DNA of 63,595 nt, filler included, from Choristocarpus tenellus KU-1152 (lineage: Eukaryota; Protista; Phaeophyceae), in NCBI GenBank assembly GCA_964200185.2. It is 12 parts of 12 records of this genome, joined end to end, with 100 filler letters (N's around TTAATTAATTAA, not from the genome) between each part and the next. Parts side by side here need not be neighbours in the genome. Positions count along the whole stretch, not along the records: positions 54,419 to 60,314 come from CAXNAD020009478.1; positions 60,415 to 63,595 come from CAXNAD020021736.1; 10 more parts are not named here. One strand, written 5' to 3'. The notes under the pieces were generated by a model. It did not search any database. It had not been told where the DNA came from and was given only the letters and a program-made list of their open reading frames with translations. This document shows positions 55,131 to 63,595 of the stretch, piece by piece. Position numbers and translations under genes: made by a program. Position 1 is the stretch's first letter. Every line of letters begins with the position of its first letter.

Positions 55131-55441
55131 CCTGTCGTTGACATCAGGTGGCCTCCAGGACGGCCAACAGCAATGCCCTTGTACAGTAACGGTTTCAGAT
55201 TTGCTCTCGCTGCCTAAATACCGCCCGTATATCCTGCCGGTCCGCTGCCTATCATTACCAGGTTCTCCACATCCAAACTTTCTTCCTCAACATTTTGTCC
55301 AGTTGTCATGCTAACACGGACTCCATGGTGTCTAACTATCGATCGACCCAGGGTTGTCTGAGGGAACACCTGGGCTTTGAGCGCCGTAACTCGTTCCATC
55401 AGTGTAAGAGAAATACATAGTAGCACGATAGCAGGTTTCAT
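55131..55441 (-). pseudogene. trxB: NADPH-thioredoxin reductase first exon with signal/transit peptide and in-frame TAG
   Basis: MKPAIVLLCISLTLMERVTA...[45 protein letters not shown]|gtgaga matches the TrxB FAD-binding N-terminus ([20 protein letters not shown]...GGQLxxTT). The conserved Tyr codon is TAG (55214-55216). Confidence 0.8.
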
Positions 55442-58400
55442 CGTAGTTCCACAACCCCACATGGGAGGTAATGTGGGAGTGTCTTACCGATATCAATATT
55501 GACGAGGTGTATCCCATAGCCGATATCATACCAACCAACGCCTTTACAAGGTGACTGTTTGCCTCAACTTCAACACAAACAAAGGTCTCATCTCTATCAT
55601 TATTAGTTTAGTTGATCGATCGCCTACAACAGTTCTTGGATTCAAGAAACACGAAGACACGTAAGAAGGATGGACCCACAAACTTAAGCCCGACATCGGC
55701 CCTTTCACATACTACCTTTTGTCCAATGGCGCATGATGCGGTAGTATCCTCAACACGAATATTGTGGACAAAACATTTAACACGTGTCAAGTGAGTAACG
55801 AAGTTGTAGTAAGTGATGGTGGAGCATTACCTTCAAGCCTACCGCACCTCCTCAGGTGGATGAGGCCAATGGGCTGAAAGTAAGACGCAGCATTGGATCC
55901 TCCACCCGGGGTAGGACCGGGTGCTGGGTAAGCGGAGGGACCGCATAGCACGACATTTGTCCCATATCTGTGCTCCAGATGGCATGAATTAAACCTATGC
56001 TGTTGAGAAACTTGGCGCATGTAAGGCTCGTCGCTGAAAGCTAGCAGTTGAATTACATGGTAAAGCACACACTGAATTATTTCTTATCCGGAGGGTATTG
56101 TCCACTTGATGCTATTGCCACTATACCATTTGTAATGTCCCATTGACCCACCATATCATACCACACTGTGTACATTACCACCTTGCATTATACAAACGAT
56201 AACGGAAATATAAGCTATGTTGTTTACTTGCATCAGCACAGATAACGTAAGGATAACACTAGGTTATTCGACAAGCATCATCTCCAACTAATATCCAACA
56301 ACTAATATTTATACATAGTATAGTCTACTACGGTTGCTAATATTGAAACTAAGAGATGCTTCTCAGATACGATTTTGCGAGCGTCGCAGTCTATAACATT
56401 AAAAAAAATTGTGGTTTGTAGTGTTGTTGTAGTGTCTTCGAGTACCTAGAAACCTAGCAAACCAAACAACCTACTCACCGATTTCGTGTTACTAACGAAC
56501 GGGGTTATGCCCACTGATATTTTGTTCATGTCCTGGTACGTATTTCTAAGGAAAAAGAATAAATGCAGAGTAAGAGAAACAGACAGAAATGAACTAGACC
56601 GTGCTGGGAGGGGCTTGACCCCCCAGTAGTTGCGCATCGGACAGGGGAGGAGTGGAGGAAGTGCAGCAAGACTCCTTGCACCATTCCACACAAGAGGTAT
56701 TGTATTGAAGTCAAAGTGTTGCGTTGCAATGTGATCTAGATACATACTATGACCATGCTATATATTGGGCTTCAATTTCGAACAACTCGAAAAAAAGAGA
56801 AATAACGGCTCTATAGAGTTGGTGCTTACCAATACAGACAGACAGATGGGGGGACATCATTTGCTTGGTCTTACATGATATGTATGCGAGAGGCAGGAAA
56901 CCGGCTCTATATGACCCAAACTTCAAACACATTGCAAAGTGACAAAGAAAACAAGTAACCCTATAGTGCTAGACACAAAGGCATGAGAGCTGGTACCGGT
57001 AACGTAAAGAGACAGACACATGAATGGACGGACAGGAACTACTTGATTTGATACGGTAGTATGTCAAAGAGTCTGTACCTGTAACACACATACATACGGA
57101 CATGCAGATGAATAGACGGACAGGAACTACTTGGTCTTAGAAGGTACGTACATGAGAGGGGCCTAGGAGATTGGTAAGGACCTATTTGGGGGATAATAGG
57201 AATCACCTTGATACAGTTTACCAAAATAACTCCTCAAAAATATAGAACTGGTACTGGGACGTACAGACAGACGGATTGGCGGATGAAGGGATAGGAATTA
57301 CAGCTCCTTTTTCATCTCACATGTGTACGATGGAAGTCGAAGAATTCGCGTTCATCCATCTGTCTGTCTGCCTCTACCTCCCAGCACCAGCTTCATAGAG
57401 CTGTATTTTCTCTTTGGGAGTGGTTGTTTGAAGTCTTAGTCCTATTATTGTTAATGGTATAGTTCATCTGTTGGTCAGATATCAATACAATACCTTCCCT
57501 TCGACACAAGATCCCCTTAAACACAATGATGACGTAAGAAGGCACACTGCCCTCTCTGTGCAAAATAGGACCTTAGTGAGGTGTACCTTATTTTTTTGTA
57601 TATGAGATTATTGTGTTGAATTGATTACATGTGAGATGTGACTAATGAGAGAGTACATCCAGACTATGTATGGGATTATGTATTGGTATTTGTTCTGCAT
57701 TCAACTACTTTGACATGACCGTTGACTCAGATAGGAAGCACAAATAAATAATAAACAAGCAATGAGGAGACACCACACAACGGTCACTCTTCTCTTCTCT
57801 TCTAATCTTCAACCATGTAATCACGTTCAGCAAAGTGGGTCGTCTGAGGCTTCACACCTTCTTATCTTCACTACTAACAAATAGCATTACCTCCCACGGT
57901 AATTTGCACACTTTCCCCTCTCTTCCCCTCTGCGACACACATTTCCACGGGAGGAGTCTAGTCCCTCGCAGAGTGGCCTGTTCATTTGTGGAACAAGTAT
58001 GCACGAGTAAACTGGCAAACATGCTCATGAGGGCGATAGCTGGTACTGGAAAGGTACAGAAACAAGACAGATGTTGGGATTGACAGGAATGACATGGTTT
58101 TGGACGATATTTACACGAGAGAGCTGGCACTGGTAATGCACAGACAGACCGACAGATACAGACCAATGAACTGGCAGTAATTTCTTGGTTTTACACGGTA
58201 CATATGTGTGGTAGGGTTTGAAAAGGTTGGGTAAGGATCTTTAAGGCGATAGACAACAATAGATAAGGGTCTGTAGAAAGTATGTTGGAGTGTATAACGT
58301 AGATACTCTGAAGATCACAATATGTATATAATGTGCCCCTTTTCTTGAGCCACTTGTGGTCCTTGGTGCTGGACCAGATCCTTGCATTGTGGTTTTTATT

Positions 58401-59377
58401 CTGCTTATTGTTTTGTTATCTCTGCCTGTCGTCTTGACTGATATATCTACCATTTTTTGTTTCATAGATATGTGATAGTCACCTTCCTGCTAAGATATAT
58501 TATATAGAGTGCCCGTCATTTAGAAGCTTTATACCTCAGAGTTCTGTTTCCCCATATGACAGTATCATTTCTTCCTGACGATACGAATAATTGGCTTGTT
58601 GAATGGAGGATAACCCCCCCCCTCATTCACTCCACTTGTCACTTCTTTCCTGATCAACTTTCTGAGACTTCTTTACCCTATTTCCTTGACTCTTTCCCTT
58701 CCATTCCTCCCGTGAGTCTTCCCGTTCCCCTCCAGTCTGAAGAAGTTGTTTATTGGTTTCTACCTGTTTCACATCAACGTCCTATTTCATTTTCTACTCT
58801 CTTTTGTATTCCCTCACTGACCACAAGTTGGATTATGGTGAAGATACCTTCCACTTACACAATATGTCCCAAGTGTTTATTTTTTCTTTATTGTATCACT
58901 TCCAACAAAAGTACATTATACTTCATTCACACATCAAATCTATCTGAAAATCTATCAATCTATCGATTTGTCGTGAGGCATGGTCCAATCAGTCGTGGGG
59001 GGTGTTTAGAATCACCAATTGTGTGGGGTGCAACCAGCAATCCCAAGCTCTGTCAGCCATCAAATCGTAGGAGAAGTTTGAAGAGAATCCAAGATCCACC
59101 AGATGGCGTCACATCTTGGTGATCGTCACTGGTATGAAGTCTGAGAATTCTCAAGATTTCTCTGTGTTTGATGTTGGTGGGAACTTCACTAATGACAAAG
59201 AAATGCGCGCGAAATGCACTTGTGCGTACGCGCGAATGTTTACTTGGACTAAGATCAGCTTCCCCAAAATATTTAAGAATCAAACCATCTATTGGTCCAT
59301 CCATGCATCCAATGTGAAACGCATCCCACCTGAAATGGGACTCACCACCCAGTCTTGTCCCAAAACATACTCAAGGC

Positions 59378-60314
59378 ATGCCGAGAGAACAGATCCATTT
59401 CGTGCTAGGCCTCGTGGCTAGTTCTGGCTTTATTCGGGCTGGGCGTATCAATCACCTTCAATTGACCAGTTTAGCCGTCTGCAATGAGTGTCGCCCGAGG
59501 GTGGGGTTTCATGCGAAGGTTGAGTTGGATACGCCCGCTGGAATCCTGGCAAGTTTCGGACTACTGCGGAGGAGGAAGAGCAATCGAGCATCACGTATTC
59601 CTGCTCTTTGTGTCAATGGACTGGAGTGGGATCTCAACGAACTGGCCTTGTTCTCCAACCAAAGGCAGACTTTAACCATTGTTGGTTTGCCAACTGATAT
59701 CCCACAGCTGAGCGTTGGTGACCGATTCGACAGGGTACTAGATAGGGTATTGTGGCCAACGGGGCTGCAGGTGCTAAGGTTTGGCGATGGTTTCAACCAA
59801 GCAGTTGACGGAGTGAAGTGGCCTTCTTGGCTTCGACAGCATTCTTTTGGACGGATGTTCAACCAGCCAGTAAATGGAGTAGCGTGGCCGGCTGAGATCA
59901 AGGAACTGACCTTTGGAGATGCCTTCAATGAGGCAGTGGATGAGGTAGTGTGGCCAACGGGGCTGTAGGTGCTGAGGTTGGGCAGAGAATTCAATCAGGC
60001 AGTTGATGGAGTGAAGTGGCCTTGTGGGTTTCGACACCTTTCTTTTGGACGGATGTTCAACCAGCCAGTAAATGGGGTAGCGTGGCCGGCTGAGCTGAAG
60101 GAACTGACCTTTGGAGACGCCTTCAATCAGGCAGTGGATGAGGTACAGTGGCCAACGGGGCTGCAGGTGCTAAGGTTTGGCGATCGTTTCAATCAAGCAG
60201 CTGAGGGAGTGAAGTGGCCTTGTGGGCTTCGAAAGCTTTCTTTTGGAGGGGGGTTCAACAAGCCAGTAAATGGAGTAGCATGGCCGGCTGAGCTCAAGGA
60301 ACTGACCTTTGGAG
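59378..60314 (+). pseudogene. FNIP-repeat (22-aa LRR-like) protein gene with one in-frame TAG, truncated by contig end
   Basis: Nine 22-aa repeats WPxxLxxLxFGxxFNQxVxGVx. TAG at 59966-59968 lies where sister repeats have CAG, and the frame continues after it. Confidence 0.85.
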
Positions 60315-60435
60315 NNNNNNNNNNNNNNNNNNNNNNNNNNNNNNNNNNNNNNNNNNNNTTAATTAATTAANNNNNNNNNNNNNNNNNNNNNNNNNNNNNN
60401 NNNNNNNNNNNNNNCCCCCCCCAGATACTTTGACC

Positions 60436-60691
60436 CTCCAAGCATTCAAGAGGGCACGGTCGCGTCCATGTGGGGTCCAAAATCCAATGTTGCAATTTTG
60501 ATGTAATTTTGGCCTTATGTTTGTTAGGAAGTGTCATTATCCTTGTTCTGGACACACCTTTCATAGTCGTATACATTTTAGGTGACTGTGTTCACACAGA
60601 AAACCGAAAAAGGGCATAAAAAAACAGTGGGAAACCAAGCCCCGAACGTACGAACAGAGCAAAACTCCTAACCTCTTAAATGCTTTGCGTC
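60436..60691 (+). mobile_element. Divergent M1-related MITE
   Basis: M1 internal sequence with variant TIRs (aagcattcaagaggg / cctcttaaatgctttgcgtc), abutting an M2 terminus at 60415-60436. Confidence 0.75.
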
Positions 60692-61160
60692 AAGAGGATG
60701 AACTATACGTGCAATTACAATGAGAAAGGGAATTTAATATCTCGACAAACACATATGGAGTCAGGGCAAAAGGGGGAACAAGATCAACAACGTACCCAGG
60801 GTGTCAAACCCTCATATCACCTGTCATCCAGACTCTCACATCATCGAGTCCTCCAAACCTCCCAGATCGCCGGTCGCCATGTCAAGGGGCAGGATACCTG
60901 AGCTAAACGGCTACCTCAACGCAGGAGAAAATGCCCCAATCTCTCCTCCTCCTGTTTAACTCCAACATCTCTCACATGTGACATTCTAGAGATTTATCAG
61001 ACGACCAAAAAACAAAGGGGTCAACCAGACCTCATAGAAGTCCTGTCAAACAACGCCAAATGTAGCACGGAATTCCAGCCTGGCAAAGGAAGTCAGACCA
61101 AGACCCACCAAAACTAGGTCGCCACAGAGCAGACTCTGAACAATCATTAGTAGATTATGA

Positions 61161-61427
61161 GAGCCAAAGTATCTTAGAGGGTAGAGCCGCGTCCATTAGG
61201 AGGCCAAAATCCAATGTTGTGATTTCGATGTAATTTTGTCTATCGTGCTTGTTATTTTTTTTAGGAAGTGTCAATATCCATGTTTTAGGCACACCTCTTA
61301 GCAAGATACACATTTTACTGACTCCTAAACATTTGGAGTGAGAAAATATCATAAAATATCCCATGGGAAGCAAAGCCACAAATGGACAAAAAGGGAAAAA
61401 CTCATACCCTCTAAGATACTTTCACTC
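61161..61427 (+). mobile_element. MITE family M1 full copy
   Basis: GAGCCAAAGTATCTTAGAGGGTA ... TACCCTCTAAGATACTTTCACTC, flanks TTAT(ga)/TTAT. Confidence 0.9.
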
Positions 61428-61617
61428 TTATATCATCATGAACTTCACCTAAGCCCTTCACAACCACGACGAATCAAGCGAAGCAGCAAAGATCGATAGC
61501 ATATTTAACAAAAACAGCTAGAATGGAAGGAACCTGCTACGTCTCTCCATCGCAGATAGATGGAGATCATTGTATATATTGCTTTCACAGTAGCTTTTCT
61601 CATTATTGGAACGGGCA

Positions 61618-61662
61618 GGGTTAGGGTAGGGTTAGGGTTAGGGTTAGGGTGAGGGTGAGGGC
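61618..61662 (+). repeat. Interstitial telomeric (TTAGGG)n tract with TGAGGG variants
   Basis: gggttagggtagggttagggttagggttagggtgagggtgaggg. Confidence 0.85.
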
Positions 61663-62491
61663 TAGCCATATCCTTATAGGTCGTTCAACTCATAGAAAAT
61701 GCTGTGGTGAAAGTTGTATAAAATATATTCAAATTACATGCATAATGCAAATAGCAAAATGGTTGCGAACAATAACGAAGATACCTCCCAAAATGGACAT
61801 GTGTCGTACATAGTAGTTGAGACTTCTATATAATCAAAACACTTCAACTTTCCCTTTTTACTGATTCTCATTTTTTTGTTAATATTTTCCTTGACACTAG
61901 TCTGAGGATATCCCGACCCTTGGTCAGAACCACTACACAATGTGCTACTTCTACTGACTCCCTGTTCCACTACGACCAATTGCACTGCCCCAGTTCCTGC
62001 CTTGTTTCTTCCATGTAGGGGTTGAGCACTCCTACCCCCTCGTCGCTCCACATCCTCAGATCTTCTCATCTCAAGCAACTGACTTCCGTTAATCCTTCAG
62101 TCAGATCCATACAACTCAAACGCAACTGGTAGCGGCGTTCTTGTCCCGTGTCAGTTCCATCGCAACACAGACGAGGAATTTTTAAACTAATAGTGTGTAG
62201 GGCGCATCTATACTTTAGACCTTCAATCTCGATCTTCAATCTCGATCTACATTGTCGATTCTCGAATAGCATTTTTTCTTTCACTTGATGAACCGTTACG
62301 ATTAGCAACAGCAACTTACACTATACTAAGTAGGCAGTTATGCTCCTTAGTCTGGGAGAGGTTATAAGCATCTAACATTGATACGACAAGAACAATAAAA
62401 AATACATACTTTGAAGTGTATGATTGTGCCAAATGGATACTCTGGGGACACCAGGGCTGACCACGTAGAGGTACATCATGATAAGTATGAA

Positions 62492-62672
62492 ACCGAAAGT
62501 ATCTGGGTGGGGAGGGCGGTCTACACCAGGGTGTCCATTTGAAACAAAACCAAGAAAAGTGCATTTACATTATCCATCCGAAGTATGCAACCAAATCACT
62601 CAAAAATCGTGACATAAAAAAATTGACCCCAAATGTACAACCGCCGCCCCACCCCCCAGATACGTTTTGCCT
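62492..62672 (+). mobile_element. MITE family M2 near-full copy
   Basis: aaagtatctgggtgggg...gtctacaccagggtgtccatttg...ccccccagatac, colinear with 1-160. Further M2-type termini at ~8460-8486, 33498-33536, 40171-40267, 46662-46709, 51269-51338, 60415-60436, 62966-62990 and 63578-63595. Confidence 0.8.
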
Positions 62673-63595
62673 GATCGTGCTAAGTATGATCGTGCTAAGT
62701 CTGATGTGAGTCCATCTGCCAAGTGTGCTCTTCCGCATGAGGATTGTGGTAAGGAAGGTTGAATAGAGGATCAAAACCGGTACAAGGAACCAGAGCCTGA
62801 GGTTGAGCTCTCAGGCAGCAAAGAGGAAGAAATTCACACCTCTTCAGAAGATAGAGAAGACAGGATTTGCTGCAGAGCTTCTCCTGCAACGTGCAAAGTG
62901 GGGGTTCAGTTGCGGGTGCTATCGGAGTGGCGCAGTTTGCAGTCAGCTCAGCGAGCACCTGTGTGGGACCCCCCCCGGATACTTTGACCCGTGTCAGGTA
63001 CCACGCATAAAAGCTAAGACATGCAGTGGCAGATTTGAGTAGATTTTACAATGACTCGCACTGAGTTGATGGCAAGAAAGGGCTCCAAACTCGCCTCGCT
63101 TGGCCAAATTTGATCATGCACCCTAATGATTCCTACTGCACACAAGCACACACTGAGCATTTGTTCTCAACACTTGGGAATGTTGGAATACCAAAACCAA
63201 AATAGCTGAAACTATAGAGACTGTGCAGCTCCTCTTCTTCCTTTGCAACACCTTTCTGAAGTCAAATGCGTAGTAGGTTCCCAAGGACAGGAAATATGTC
63301 CCAAGCACCTTCCGAAGAAGGTCGCCACACTTGCAACAAAAGCATTGAGCTAACAAATTGCCTCAAAGTATGAAAGGGGCCATCAAATGAGAGGTAGGCA
63401 GGGTTACATTTTAAGGATCCCTACAAAGGTCAGAATTATGCTATTTGAACAGGTGCAGGTAGAACCATCACTTAATTGTGGTGTCGCCCTGTATGTCAAA
63501 AGGGGAGTATCAATTTTGTGTACACTAATTGTGCATATACAGATAGCCAATGGAATAGAGTTATCATTGCACAGGGTGGCTCAAAGTATTTGGGG

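Noticed and set aside
55214-59968. TAG reassignment or readthrough suggested by two in-frame TAGs (TrxR, FNIP)
   Set aside because: The TAGs replace different residues (Tyr and Gln), and PSF3 terminates with TAG at the expected length. Ordinary nonsense mutations are the simpler explanation.
59509-60037. Long minus-strand ORFs over the FNIP region
   Set aside because: Antisense shadows of the repetitive FNIP coding frame.
1-63595. Fanzor/TnpB, Cas, tRNA or rRNA genes
   Set aside because: No RuvC plus zinc-finger (CxxC...RDxNAAxNI) motifs or structured RNA gene signatures were recognised by eye. A profile search would be needed to exclude highly decayed copies.

Overview
This is eukaryotic genomic DNA, not one locus. 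It consists of 12 short contigs joined by artificial 100-bp N/TTAATTAATTAA linkers (contigs 1-8316, 8417-13545, 13646-24126, 24227-28684, 28785-33536, 33637-36929, 37030-40070, 40171-46561, 46662-51168, 51269-54318, 54419-60314, 60415-63595). Spliceosomal introns, TTAGGG repeats, an FNIP-repeat gene and a signal+transit-peptide N-terminus suggest a photosynthetic stramenopile, probably a brown alga (inference). Host genes: a complete 3-exon GINS subunit PSF3 gene head-to-head with the first three exons of an SMCHD1-like (UBL + GHKL ATPase) gene, two exons of an AI-2E-family transporter, a thioredoxin reductase exon with an in-frame stop, and an FNIP-repeat gene with an in-frame stop. The rest is largely transposon-derived: degenerate Copia and Gypsy-like LTR elements, two tandem 5'-truncated CRE-like RLE retroelements bounded by (TA)n, Tc1/IS630 and hAT remnants, and abundant MITEs with a shared TIR core and mostly 4-bp TSDs (Sola-like). 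The most notable signals are the SMCHD1-like gene, a symmetric CpG-deamination signature across MITE copies (suggesting CpG methylation of repeats), and apparent (TA)n targeting by the RLE retroelement. No CRISPR array, Fanzor/TnpB, rRNA or tRNA gene was recognised. All homology calls come from motif recognition by eye, not database searches.
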